A stretch of DNA of 64,000 bases, taken from Rhina ancylostomus (lineage: Eukaryota). Position numbers and translations under genes: made by a program. Shown here one piece after another: positions 38,301 through 53,300 of the stretch (within the stretch, counting starts at the first letter, position 1; the number at the start of each line of letters is the position of its first letter). The notes below the pieces were generated by a model. It saw only the letters and a list, made by a program, of their open reading frames with translations, ran no database searches and was not told where the DNA came from. Location of the stretch: assembly GCA_030265395.1 (NCBI GenBank), contig JARFYF010000063.1, forward strand, positions 21,547,805 to 21,611,804. Reading direction: 5' to 3'.

Positions 38301-41300
38301 NNNNNNNNNNNNNNNNNNNNNNNNNNNNNNNNNNNNNNNNNNNNNNNNNNNNNNNNNNNNNNNNNNNNNNNNNNNNNNNNNNNNNNNNNNNNNNNNNNNN
38401 NNNNNNNNNNNNNNNNNNNNNNNNNNNNNNNNNNNNNNNNNNNNNNNNNNNNNNNNNNNTTACAATTATATAAAACTATTGTATAATGATCCCTCAAGGT
38501 CCCTTATGTACAAGATACTGAATTAACCTTCTCATTACAGAACACCAAATCCCTCATTAAATCCAAGAAACCTCCATGAATTCATCTGAAGATTCTCTCA
38601 CCTGAAACTACTTTTCTTTCCCCCCAACAGATACGACTTAACCTGCTAGGTGTCCCAGCATTGTTTTTATTCCATGAATTTGTCCTGCGCACCACTGCTA
38701 GTAATTTGGTAGGCTTTCTACATGTAGGTTAAAGTAACCCACAATTATTATATTACTAGAGCCAAAGATGGGTGCCCTTTGTCGGTGACTCACCTCCTGA
38801 CACCCCTAGGCCTTTCTATCATCTCTAAAGGCACACATAAGGAGCTGTGATGGAATACTCCTGGCTGCATAAGTTCATCAACAACACTGAAGACACTTGA
38901 CACCATCTAGGATAATTTAGAGCACTTGATTTGCACCTCAACAGCATCCCTAAACATTCATCTGGTCCACTACTGGTGCACAGTGGCTGCAACTTGCACT
39001 ATCAGCAAAATGCATTGCAGTTACCCAACCACAGCGCTGCCCAAAACTGCAACCTCTATCACAAAATAGGAAAAGGGCAGCAAGTGCATGAGAACACCAC
39101 TACCGCAGGTTCCCTTCTTATTCACACACCACTATGTCCTTGACATATGTTGCATGTCCTGCACTGTCACTGATCTAAATTTGGGAACACCCTGGCCAAT
39201 GGCAAAGTAGGAGTACTTTCAGGGGACTACAGAGATTCAAGGCAGAGGATGACCATTGGCTTCACAAAGGCAACTAATGCTGGCCTAGCTAGTGATGCCC
39301 AAAATCCCAAAATTACTTAAAAAAAAAGCATATCCCATTCCGATTTATACTATGGCCTATAATACTATTACTGTTTGGGAGCACAGATACAACTCATAAC
39401 AATGATTTCTGATCCTTACTGTTTCTTAGCCACCAAACTATTTTATTCCTTGATTTCCCCAAGATCCTTTCTCTCCTGTCTATTTATCCTATTTCTTAAC
39501 ATCAAGGCAACCGTCCATCTCTCATAAGAACCATAAATTAAGAGTTTGTAGATTCAAAGACAGTTATGTGTAGTGAAGAATGGTTCATGCAATTAGTTTC
39601 AGAATACTGACTTTCACAAATGCAGTAAACAAGATACAGTTCATCTCATGAAAGGCAGTAAAATCACTTACCTTTTTCTGTAACCACTGCACAGCCCAGC
39701 TCCAGTGATGGGGATGTTCACGAAAGTAGTCCTTTGCAGCTGAACATCTATTAAATGAAGAAGTGAACTCACTTATTTTGGAATGAGGAAAAGAACAGAA
39801 GCAAAATTGAAAGAAAAACAACATCTGGTTAGCCTAACAAGGTGGCACATGCTACTCTCAAAATCCCAAGTTTAANNNAGAAAGATGGTATAAGATGAAT
39901 TCCAGAGATGAGATTAGAGTGACTGACCTTGACATGAAGGCAGCATTTAGCTAAGTGAGGTATTGATGAACCTTCATAAAATTGAAGTCAATTAGCATCA
40001 TGGGAATAATTGTCCTATGGCCAAAAAAATGAAGCAGTCCATGACTGTAGGCGACAAGATCTAGACAATATTCAGGCACAGGTTGATAAATGGGAAATAA
40101 AAAAAACACATCTCACAAGTGCCTGGCAACAACTATTTCCATGGAGAGCTGCATAAAACTAGCCATCATTTAGTACGTATGTGAATCTGGACCAGAGGAG
40201 GAAGAATATGGTACATGTATGATTTCTTTTTAAACAAAAGTGAACTGTTTGCCCATTGTGGTGACCAATTAAGCTGTTAGTTGCTGTTCTGCATGAACTG
40301 GTGACAAAGTTGTGCTAGTTCCTGGGTCCACTCACCATTCAATGCTTGGTCACACTATATCTTGATTGTAAAGTCCTCATCCTTTTTCTCAAAAATCTCA
40401 TGGGTTTGCAGCTCCCCATTTCTCATATCCTCGAGACCCAGAACCTCTGAAATCTAAGTGTTCTTTCACATCTAGGACAATAATATGCTCCAAATGTAAT
40501 CACTCCACCATGGTAGCCATGCCTCCAGCTATCATAGTCCTGAATTTTGAAATCCTATCCTTCCTGGCTCCTTTTATGAAACAAGGCCTTTAGTCACCAC
40601 CCTAATATCATCATCTTTGTTTCAATGATAAGTTTTATTGAAAATGCTCATGAAACATCTTTAACATGGCAGAATGTGTCAAGATGTGGTGTGGAAATAC
40701 AATATTCCCTAGAGCTGGATTTTCCTAATTTGAATAAACACTTCCACTCAGTAGTTAACACAAATTTACTCGATCCACGTTCCTGGGATGAAACCAATGA
40801 ATGAAGCCAAATTTCTGAACTCTATATATAAAAGCTGAAAATAATGGCAACATTCAGCAGGTCAGATAGGATGTGGCGAGAGAAAATTCACATTAAATCA
40901 GCCTGAAATATCAACTCCACTTTCTTTTATCATTAAATGCTACCTGATCATTTGGCAGGGAGAATCCAAAGAGAAAGTTGAATGCTTCCACCATATTTTC
41001 TTTCAGATTTCTAGTAAGTACAACATTTTGTATTCATATCTGAATTGTTCCAAGGTCAATTACACTCCATACCACGTTCTCCATTTTCCTTGCTGAGCAA
41101 TTCAGGCACAAGACCTGAAAATGTATACAATATTACTTCCATTTTGCTGACGGTGAACTATGGCAAGGTGTGTTTTAAATCATTAATATAGAATGGCTCC
41201 TAGAAAGGACATAAATGGACATAATCAAAGCCCCAAGGCTTAATGCCTTGATTGCGCATTTTGCATTGTACTGAGCCCAGACTGAAGTGTCTTTGAAAAT

Positions 41301-44300
41301 TTATATTTATAACCCATTAATCCTGCATTCAAGTGAGGCACAGCATATTTAGACATTCAAAAAAATCAAAGAATTTGCAGATGCTGAAATCTAAAATAAA
41401 AACAGAAAATGCTTGAAATACTCATCAGGTTAGTTGCATCTGTGCGAAAAGAAATAAAGTTAACATTTCAGGTCGAAGATCCTTCTTCAGAACTCAATTT
41501 AGAACTTGTCATAGAGACAACTCTTCATGTTTTCATCTGACTTGTACATGTGCTATAAAAATCTAATCAAGAAACACAAAATACAAAAACAACCATCTTT
41601 TCTGTTGCACTTGGAACTCTAGTCAGCCATTAAGAGACATCTCAACCAAGCACAATTGGAGGATAGTTATATACGAATGTTATAGCATGGCTTGTTCTGT
41701 GGGCAAAAATTTCTTTGGATGAAATGTTTGTTGGAATATTGAGACTTGAACAGAATGTTGTTAGATATGTAAATTATACTCAACTCTATTATTCCTGACT
41801 ACAAATTCTAAACTCTATCTCCCTCCTTACATTTATACATCTTCACCAAGTATACTGACGCTTCGAATTAACACTTGAAATCGACAATATTCTAAAATGA
41901 NNNNNNNNNNNNNNNNNNNNNNNNNNNNNNNNNNNNNNNNNNNNNNNNNNNNNNNNNNNNNNNNNNNNNNNNNNNNNNNNNNNNNNNNNNNNNNNNNNNN
42001 NNNNNNNNNNNNNNNNNNNNNNNNNNNNNNNNNNNNNNNNNNNNNNNNNNNNNNNNNNNNNNNNNNNNNNNNNNNNNNNNNNNNNNNNNNNNNNNNNNNN
42101 NNNNNNNNNNNNNNNNNNNNNNNNNNNNNNNNNNNNNNNNNNNNNNNNNNNNNNNNNNNNNNNNNNNNNNNNNNNNNNNNNNNNNNNNNNNNNNNNNNNN
42201 NNNNNNNNNNNNNNNNNNNNNNNNNNNNNNNNNNNNNNNNNNNNNNNNNNNNNNNNNNNNNNNNNNNNNNNNNNNNNNNNNNNNNNNNNNNNNNNNNNNN
42301 NNNNNNNNNNNNNNNNNNNNNNNNNNNNNNNNNNNNNNNNNNNNNNNNNNNNNNNNNNNNNNNNNNNNNNNNNNNNNNNNNNNNNNNNNNNNNNNNNNNN
42401 NNNNNNNNNNNNNNNNNNNNNNNNNNNNNNNNNNNNNNNNNNNNNNNNNNNNNNNNNNNNNNNNAATCGAAAATATTCTAAAATGAACTTCCTTGGACAT
42501 TATTTTTACAATAATGCAAGCTGTTCATAAAGAACCAGCAAAAGCCATGTTCATATTTGTAAATCAATTTTAAGTTCAAGTACTTACTTCTGAGCTAATA
42601 GTACCAAGAATTTGATACATTGATAGCAGCGGCTGCTGTCAACATTATTACTCTGGTGCATCAGGGCTGCGGAGTGGAGAGAGAACAATAATGATTTAGC
42701 AAGTCAGTAGTATCAGAACAAGCTGCTAGAGACAACAAGACCATACAAAAGATTTTCCAATATGGTTAAGCTAGATACCAAGTTGTCTGCCCAACAGGTG
42801 TTACATACACAATTACATGAACACTACTCACAAGATTACAATACTGGTGGAAAGAGAGGGCTATTGAAAAGAATGAGGTACATGCATGCAACCAAGCACA
42901 ATTCAGTTATCTGAAAAATATTCAAAAAACTCTATTCAGTAAATATGGTGCAATTCACATTTGGAAAGCAGAGGTTGAATCCAAGATATGTACTGAATTA
43001 GCTTATCACAGTTGGACTTGAAAGAATATAACTGGTCAAGCTTCTCTGGGAAAAGGACAAATGGAAAACATTAGTTGTCTGGTAGTTCCTTTAAAAAGCA
43101 CATGCTTGGATGTCAGGCATACAACTAGATAATCTGCCAACACACACTACGCTATCTGAAGATGGAAACAATATCTATAACTGCGATCAGGGTGCATTAC
43201 ATTTCTCCCTTTTCTCTGTAGCTTCTGACTACAATAGCCAGACTGTGCTCTTCAATCAGCAGTCAAGTACAGAACCAGCTGACATCAATATGTGGGTCAG
43301 CACATTCATGACTTCCATGCTGGCTAGCACATCCAGACTTCCAGGTCACCGCTCAACACAGCACCAAGTTCAGGGAAGGAGCTGTGTTGAACTGAGGGAT
43401 CTGATATTCGATGTATTTGGCTCCTCAGCTTTATGGAAGCCACGGATGGAGTATCTAACACAATCCCATTCATCTGAATGGGGTTAGCCGCCTAGATGGA
43501 AAAGGTAAGTGGTTTGTTTTTCTTTTAAAAGAATAGAAAATATTAATATTTATCAGTTAAATGTAGTTTTAGAGAAGTCTAATTTTATTTAAATTTTCAA
43601 CTGTTGTTTTAAATGCCTCTGATTTTTAGCTGTCAAAAAGCCATCAGGAATTCTAGGGTTCAAGCCCCACCACTGGGTACCCAAGGCCTCAGCACCACTC
43701 ACAGAATACTCTGCTCCAAGACAGTTGCAGCAGTAAACCTGATTAATTGGTCAGTGTCCAATGTGGTCCTCCAATATTCCTCTGCAGCTGCTTGTTTTCA
43801 GCTTTAACTATCCAAATATAGCCATAACACTTCTGGCAGTGGGCTTCTTTCCCACCTGTTTAGCACTAGACTCCTTCATTTTCATCAGACAACATTTGAC
43901 TCCATCCACTGGCTCTATGCCACACTGTTTACCTGGCATCCAGTCCTGGAAACGCTGTAATTTCTTTCCTCCAGTTAAACAAAGGGAAGATGGGAACCTG
44001 TTACCTTGGCCTCCAATACAAATTGTGTCAACGGAATTATTTGTTCCCTGGTCTTAATCTCAGGTGGCATCAATTGGTTTACATTTGGCATCCCAATTCA
44101 ATTTGGATTAAATTGCTGACCCTACAAAGTCTTTTACCCCCCATAAATATCCCTCATACTGCCGACAACTCACCTGTGTAAAATCCACATCTATTTCTTT
44201 GTTACCTACAGCCTTATCTCTTCTAACATCTGTTAGCATGCATCCCATTCTTTTCTCACTATAAACTTCATTCTAAACTCTTCTACCCACATCCTCATTG

Positions 44301-47300
44301 CCTTGGCTTACCTACAGCAAGGGACCAATTTAAAATTCTCATCTTTAGCATATATCAGAGTGGAGGGGGCTGGGTTTGTAGGTGGGGTGGGCTAGTTAAC
44401 AAAGATGTACCTAAAAGTCCTTTCTCCGACTCAAAAGCAAACTTCAGCCGGCGAGATTGCAATGGATCTTCAATGACCTTGAAGACAAGGTGAAAGAAAA
44501 CAAGTATGTTACTGGTGTGGTTATTTTCCAAAGTGATTCTTCACTCTATTGATGCACTGTCCTTTAATTTTTCAAAAACTACAAGCTAGTCCTGTTTGCT
44601 TTGTCAATTATCATCATTCAGTCTGTTGTTCGTACATAGCAAAAAATTAAACCACAATCATGGCTTGTAAAATCTAGTATTTATTTTTTAAGGATTTATT
44701 TTCTCTTCACATTATTTGTTGGCTTTATTTTTTTCCCATTTATCTGCTCCTTCCTGGAGGACGTGCTCAAACCTGAAAATAATGATTTGAATTGTTACAG
44801 TGAAAGGGTGGTTAAGTCTTTACCCAAGTTTGCCTCAGTCATACTTTATCCAGGAGCTAAAATTTGTCAAAGTAAACAAGGCAAAAAACATCCAAGTCAT
44901 CAGCAAAGTCAGTAAATGCAAGCTCCATCAACAACTTTGACCATTTAGGTTCTGAGCACCTGCCCTGGGCTGCATAGTTATGCCTGCTGTTGCATACATT
45001 TCTTCTAACATACAACGCTAGGAAAGGCACTGATAATTCTCTTACTTACCAGGATTTCATGCAGTAATTGGAAGATATTCTTCAGTTCGTGAGGTGGAGC
45101 TGTCTCCAGCTGGATCTGTGCAACACAAAGCATACATAATCATAAAATACAATCATAGAAAGTCATATTTAACAAGTTAATAGATTCATATTTTTGTAAC
45201 TACACCAATAAGAGCAGCTTTTTCCCCATATAGTCGACATGGATCTTAGCAAGGCTTTTGACAAGCATCTTTGATAGATTGGTCAGAAAAATAAAAGTCT
45301 ATGGGATTCAAGAGAAGGTAGCATACTGTCAGGATGCTTATGAGCATAGTACCAGGTGTGGAGAATGCTAGCCACAAAAAGATTAGATAAGTTTGGAGGC
45401 TCTCTTAAGATTGTTGGAAACCAAGGAGAGATTTAATAGTCAAAAAACATTATGAAGGCAAAGATAAGAACTAATTTCTCTTCATACAGAGATTAAAATT
45501 GGTACGCATGGATACAAAATAATTGGTAAAAATGCCATGAAGAATGCAGCAAATTTATTTTCCCAAGGATATGAGGATCTGGAATTCACTGCTAAAAGGG
45601 TGGAAGAAGCATAAATCCTTATTGCATCTTTCAAGTATGTGGAATAGACATATTTTTCCCCCACATGCTTCAAATAAAGTAACTTAAGCAGCTGAATGAA
45701 ACTCATCTAGGGCTCCTACTAAATTCATTTAGATTCTGTCCTCATTATCTGCTCAATTGCTGTACATGAATCTGGGGAGATGTGGCTCCAGGCCTATTGA
45801 ATTTTTTCAAACAGATATCTATATGCACATCAAGGAACCGATCACTGCATGTAAAATATGGTGATCAGTTCCCAGACCAGTTGTGCCTGGCGGTTCCTTG
45901 CTGAGTGTCTGTTCTGATAGAGAATCATTTTTGTTTACACAGCTGTACCTGATTTGTTAGCTAAATTTCCCTTTAAATACTTAAATGTCTTAAATTGTCT
46001 ATTAATGCATGTTAATGCTTTTACATTATAGGGCATACTTCCGTTTATTTGGGATTGTGTTGGATACAAAGAAAAGGCCTTAGCAGCATATGTTATGTTT
46101 TAAAATGTGGGAAGCCCATGCCCCTATCTTGTATGGAATACAAAGACAGTGTACATCAAACCTTTCACTGCTTAACACTTCAATCTACAGGCTAGACATA
46201 GCTTCACAGTGAGAATCTTGTACTTTAGTCTCCAAGTATGAAATGATCACAAAGTATTGAAATTTGGTAGTGCCAAATAGCTAAGAATCAACAATTAAAA
46301 CTGCAAACAAATAAACAGGAACTATTCAATTAGGTGACTTAGTTTTTATATTTTTGCCTATTATAGAGTTGTGTGCAAGTTCTCCTCTAGAGAGGAGTAC
46401 ATTAATCTAGGCTGAAACTTCAGTGGAATGTTGAGAGTGCTGTCCTGCCCGTCTACTTCAGAATCAGATTTATTATAACGGACATATGCCGTGAAATCTG
46501 TTGTTTTGTGGCAGCAGTACAGTGCAAGACATAAAGACAAAATTACTATAAGTTACAAAAAAAGTTACAAAAAAAAATTGTGCAAAAGAGGAATAATAAA
46601 GTCATGTTCATGGACCATTCAGAATTCTGATGGTGGAGGGGAANNNNNNNNNNNNNNNNNNNNNNNNNNNNNNNAATGTGTTGGGCCGCAAGGTAGATCC
46701 TCTGAGACGTTGATGCCCAGGAAGTTGGAGCTGCTCACCATTTCCACCACTGACCCCTTAATGAATACTGGTGTGTGTTCTCCCAACTTACACTCTTGTT
46801 TCACTTCAAATGTTTATTTAATTTTCCTTGAAAGATGTAGGAATCTCCACCTTAACCACTTCTGAAGGCAAGGTTGAACTGAGCACCAACCTACCCTGGT
46901 GGCAGCACAGTTTCCTCACAGAAGTAGTTAAGGTAGTACATGCTCTAACAAATAAATACATTTCCTAGAAGTACATTTCCAATAATCTCTTTCATCACTC
47001 TCCAAGACTGCAATGAAATGCAAAACAGGCTCGAGGGGCTAAAAGGCATTTGCCTGCTCTTTAGCTGGAAATACAAGTTTCCAGACAGGAAATCCACAAG
47101 ATCAAATTTGCTAATAAATTTATCACCCAAATCTTATAACTCAATTGAAAATGCAAGATGAGTCAGAATGTAAACCAATTCAAAAAGGGACCCGAGAGGC
47201 AACTTTTACCACGCAGAGGTGGTGAGAATATGGAATGAACTGGCAGGGGAAGTGCTTGCAGTGGGTACAATAGTATTATTTAAGAAGCACTTGTATAGGT

Positions 47301-50300
47301 ACATGGAGAGGTGGGGCTTGGAGAGATATGGGACAAACACAAGAAGTTGGGACTAGGTGGGTGGACGATGTGGTCGGTATGGATTGGTTAGGTTGAAGGG
47401 CCTGTATTCGTGCTGTACTGCTCTACGATTCTAAGTAAACAAACCTGCATCCTATAATCAACAAAGCAAATCTTCAAATTAGCTCATCGTGCAAGTAGAA
47501 TGCTCAGTTACTATACCTTGTGCTTTGATGCATTAACAAGTAATGGGGGAAAATGTATTCTACTTTCAATTAGTTATAGCAATGCCACGGACAACAGGTT
47601 TTTGAAAGGATAATGAAAAAGGGTGGAGCAGTATCAGTACCTTTCTTCAAAGAGCTTCCTCTATATATAAGCAATATTATAAAAGTGAGTTTTTCCATTA
47701 TATGAACGTTAAAATTCATATCCCAAAATTGTGCCATTTTATGTCTTATCTCCAGGCTGTGCACTGACATTGAGAGAACGGAGCTGCCTTTGTTCTGCTG
47801 CCATTTATTTTTGTAGAAAATCTGGCACAGCACATGCTGCTTTTCTGCTTTAACAATTGAATTCAAGGACTCTTTTACCAGGATCTCTTGCATAATGGCA
47901 GAAAATGCTGAGTCATAAAATGCTGGGAATGCTCAGCAGGCCAGGCAGCATTTGCAAGCTGCTGCATGTTCTTACTTTCTATAGATGCTTCCATATCTGC
48001 TGAGTGTTTTCAGCATTTTCAGTACGTTTCCAATTTCTAGCATCCGCAGTTTTACTAAAATTTTTAATTTTCTGTTGCATCATCTAATGCAAAAACTTAA
48101 TGAAATTGTATTGTGTCTTTCTTCATCACCCAACACCCTTTGGTCTATTCCCCACTTTCAGCAAGAACCTACCTGTGGTCCTTTCATCCCTAAAGAAGTT
48201 ACCACAAAGAAATGTTCCAACTCTCACTAATAGCATTTTTCACTTCTTTCCTCCCTGGCTGTCAATGACTGCACTTTTCTGTTCTCTTTCCCTTAAATGG
48301 TGCCTTTCCATTAGTTCTCACTTGGAATGTGACCTCTTTAAACATAACTTCCCTTTGGCCTAATTTGGAATCATTCAAAGAGCCCATCTATTGGTCAGAC
48401 TAAAGATACATGGGTCTTGAGGTTTTGCATAGCTGAAATTCCTGCTTTACTTTCCCTTTGTGAACAAGATCTTTATTCTCTTTTGTCATCATCCATACCG
48501 GGGAAAAAAAATGTGGTGTTGGTGAGGATCTAAATCTATATACACCACAGCTACCTTACATAACCAATCACTTTTTCAAAGTGTCCTGAAATTAACAAAA
48601 TACAATTTGTCGCTAATAAAACTGATGACAATCCTTGATTAATCCAGACTATTTTTTAAATTCATTCAAGGGATGTGGGCTTCGCAGGCATTGAATTCTC
48701 CATCCCTAATTGTCATTGAGAAGGCGGTGGTCAGTCTTCTTGAACTGCTGCAGCTCTCAAGGTGTGAGTACACCAACAATGCGATAAAGGAGGTTGTTCC
48801 AGGATTTTGACCCAACACTGGTGAAGAAACAGCAATGTATTTTGAAGTTAGGATGGTGTGTGGCTTGAAGTACAACTCTTAAGTAGTGGTGTTCCCATGC
48901 CCTTGTCCTTCAAGGTGGTAGAGGTCATGGGTTTGGAAGGTGCTATTTAAGGAGGCTTGGTGAATTGCTGCAGTGCATCCTGTAGATGGTACAAACTGCT
49001 GTTACAGTGGATTGGTGGTGGACTGAGTGAATAGTTATGGAAAGGGTGTCTATCAAGTGGGCTACAATGTCCTGTATGGTGTCAAGCTTCTTGAGTGTTC
49101 TTAAAGCTGTGCTCATCCAGGTAAGGGAACAGTATTCCACCACACTCCTGACTTGAGCCTTGTAGATGGTAAGCATTTATAAAAGCTAACTAATTTTATC
49201 TCATAACCCTGTAACTTTACTCTTTATCATCAGTATGAGATACCAGTGAAACAGTCCTATGTATATGGAAAAGAAGTGGAAGTATTTTGTTTCGAATCAC
49301 TAATATCCTTCTCATCAATGAACAGCAAAATGTTGAAGCATAAATCTTCTATTCCATTCTGCCTATTTACCTTAATGGTCTGTAATGCCTGCACCAATGA
49401 GAAATGTTCATTGCAGAAACAGCAGTAAGTCACCATCTCAGAAAGCACAGACAAAGATCCCGTCAGCTCTCGCATAGCATACATAACCTGAAACAATAAA
49501 GTGGCACTTAATAAAAATGTCACTACCTCTCTTGCATTTACCACAAACAGGAATACAAGATTACAAAATCCCTGCACCATAAATTTTAACTTTATTTTTT
49601 CCTCTCTTTTTCTGAGATTCACTTTTAAAAGGGTGGGAACAGCCTTCTGCATCTGTGCATGGTAAGTGCCACCCTGCAGATAGATATCACATGTATATCG
49701 AAACACACAGTGAAATGCATCTTTTACATTTACTTCAGCAGTTCTTGCAAATATATTTAATGTGGAATTTCTCTCAGCCCAGTTAACTAATTTGATGTTA
49801 AACATCCTTAACTGACTTCCCTGTACTATTTTGAGAGATGAGCACCGCAATCATTTTAAATATTACTTATCCTGTGATAAGAAAAAACCCCACAAATATC
49901 AACTAAAAAATTACCTCAAGTAGGTAAGCTTGTCCTTCAGGTCTGAAGAGAGTTTCTACATCTTGGTGTAAAGGTACCTGTGGAGTTGGTGAATGCCATT
50001 TGTACTGCCCGGGATCTTGAACAACAAGAAACATTTAATATAGCTTGTATTCTTCTACTTCAGCTATTTTCAACCAAGAATTTCTTAGTTCCCAAATCAA
50101 AAACATTTAGCTAACATTAATGAAGAGTTTGTTTTCAGGGACAAATATGCATTCAAAACTGAATTCTCCACATTTAAATTAGCTGATATTTAACTCAGAA
50201 AAACAAGGAGCTGAATTTGGAGTTGTGCGCAATTATAAGCTTTTAAGCAGAATTAAGAAACAACTTAGAATTTCCATTAACAGGGAAATAAAGGGGTCAA

Positions 50301-53300
50301 AGACAACCTCCATTGGCTATTTCAATCTCTTTGCAGACTGGCATAACAGGGCAAAATGGTTTGCATAGCTTCCTCTCCTTGTTGACAGAAAGATCATTGG
50401 TGCAAAATAAATAACATGTGAAAGGAATGAATCAAATACTGAAATTTTAAAAACAGCTTTATCTGAAGAACAGCAACCATCCTCACAAATCNNNNNNNNN
50501 NNNNNNNNNNNNNNNNNNNNNNNNNNNNNNNNNNNNNNNNNNNNNNNNNNNNNNNNNNNNNNNNNNNNNNNNNNNNNNNNNNNNNNNNNNNAGGAATGGA
50601 GCCAATTTTATTACCAAAAGTTTAACAGTAGTTTTTGTCAAACTTGAAGGGTTTTCTGGTGAGGATGTTTATTCTGCATATCATCCAGAATAATTAAACT
50701 GAATCCCACAGCCTTGTGAACATTGCTGCCTATCCTCCAATGTTATTACAGACACTTTAGAACTGCTGGATTATTCTTTCTCCTTCCCACTCCCACACTG
50801 CCTCCTCTATACTGCAAACATATGATTCAGATGAGCTGTATATTTGACTGAGGATAACAGTTCCAAGCTGTGGAACCAAACCACTTCACTGATCCCTTGC
50901 CAACAACTGTTGAAAGGAAAGTTGCAGTATTTTTAAGAAGCAATATGTACCAAACTTGCTGAGTCACAGGCCATATTTAGCAGCTGGAAACATTCAGCTA
51001 TCTCATAGACTCCATTCAAAGCTTGGGACTCAAAGAAGAAACAGATTTCCTTAACACCCTTTGTGAGTTCCGTCATGATAGGATGGTACTCTGGGCACCA
51101 CAAAATCTCTGGGGCTTCATTTCCACATTACTAGATTTATCTCATTGTCTATAGAAAGTGCTAACTGTTATTAGGATATGGTTTCATGTACAGTTCTAAG
51201 GAAGGGTTTTTGACCCAAAATGTTAACAGTTTCCAATAGATGAAGCCTGACCTGCTGAGTTTTTCTGTTTTTATGTCTGGTTTTATGTACATTAGCTGCT
51301 GTCTTAACTGATCAGCATTAAACTGAGACAATGAGTGATGACAGCATTTTTAACAGTACATTATGCGTGATCCTGCCTTCTTTTTATGTTTGGTTACACA
51401 TTTTCAGTTTGGGGATTGTAGGAGTGAACGTTCAGGCTTATTTTTCAGCCTTGAGAATAGAGGGAAAGCACCACTGAATATGTAGCACAGTCCTAATGTG
51501 AAAAGCCAGGAGACTTTGCTGAATATGTTAAGGATACATTGAGAGAGCAGTTCGTGAAGCCTATGGCATCCTGGATTTTGAAAATATCCAGGGCAGGTTA
51601 TTTTGAACATGTATACTGTATAAAACGTTAGTTAGCCATAGCTGGAATATTCCATTTTAGGAAGAATGTGGAGCTTCTCGAAAGGATGTAAAATAATTTA
51701 TTCTTTAGTGCACATGTAGTCTTGCACTGCTGCTTCACCATCCTTGTGATGCAGCAATGCTCATTTACTAGGATGATTCCAAGGATGAGGTATTTCAGTC
51801 GAACCAAAAGATGATGAGGTGGCAGCTTCGTGAAACAGCAATAAAAGACTACATGTGCACTGAAGAGGGTTAATAGCATGGAATAGATGGTCTCACAACC
51901 AATACATTAAATTGAGGCTCTAAAGTATGACCATGTCTTTTGTGAATGGAGGTGGACAATTATAAACAGCTTATGGGAGGAAGAGACCTCAGGAATATCT
52001 CTGTCCTCAACTGTGGCAAGATTCAGCACATCATAGAGCACTACAGCACAGAAACAGACCCTTTGGCCCATCAAGTCCATGCTGACCTGATCTTCTGCCT
52101 AGTCCCATCTACCCGCACCTGGACCATAACCCTCCAAACCCCTCCCATCCATGTACCTATTCAAACTTCTCTTAAATGTTACAACTGAACCCGCATCTAC
52201 CACTTCCGCTGGCAGTTTGATCCACACTCTCACCACCCTCTGAGTGAAGAAGTTTCCCCTTACATATTTCACCTTTCACCCTAAACCTATGTCCTCTATA
52301 GTTCAAGTCTCACCCAACTCTGAGGGCGGTGGGGGGAGGAAAGAGGGGGAGGGAAAGCCTGCATGGATTCACCCAATCTATACCCCTCAATTTTTTTTCA
52401 CACCTCTGAGATCTCCCCTCATTTTCCTGTGTTCCAGGGAATAAAGTCCTAACCTATTCAGCCTTTCCTTATAAGCCAGGTCCGAGTCCCAGCAACAATT
52501 CTTATAAATTTTCTCTGCACTCTTTCAAGCTTATTGATACCTTTCCTGCAGGTAGGTGACCAGAATTGCACACAATACTCTAAATTCAGCCTCACCAACA
52601 TCTCATACGATTTTAACATAACATATTCCAACTTCTGTACTCAGTGCCCTGATTTATGAACATCAAAGTGCCAAAAGCTCTCTTTATGATCCTATCTACC
52701 TGTGGTACCACCATCAAGGAATTATGGATCTTAATTCCCAGATCCCTTTGTTCAACTGCACACCTCAGTGCCCTAGCATTCACTGTGCAAGTCTTACCCT
52801 GGTTTGTCCTCCCAATGTACACCACCTCACAATTGTCTGCTTTAAATTCCATCAGCCTTTTTTCAGCCCATTTCTCTAGCTGGCCAAGAAGCTTTGATAG
52901 CATTCCTTGCTCTCCACTGCGCCCCCAATCTTGGTATCATCTGCAAATTTACTGATCATATTATCACCTAAATCATTAATATAGATGATAAACAACAACA
53001 AACCCAGCATCAATCCCTGAGGCACATTAGTCACAGGCCTCCAGTCAGAGAGACAACCATTTACTACCACTCTCTGACTTCTCCTACTAAGCAAGTGTTG
53101 AATCCAGTTGGCGACTTCATCCTGAATGCTAAGTGACTTAACCTTCTAGACCAGCCTCTCACGCAGGAATTTGTCAAGGGCCTTGCTAAAGTCCATGTAG
53201 ACAATGTCCACCGCCTTTCCCTCATTTACCTTCTTGGTAACTTCCTCGATAAACCCCACAAGATTGGTTAGACATGACTTGCCATGCACAAAGCCATGTT

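Noticed and set aside
41892-42500. Long ORFs made of X residues
   Set aside because: Artefacts of N gaps.
49257-49850. 197-aa ORF as an independent gene
   Set aside because: It is the 117-nt USP24 exon with open intronic flanks.
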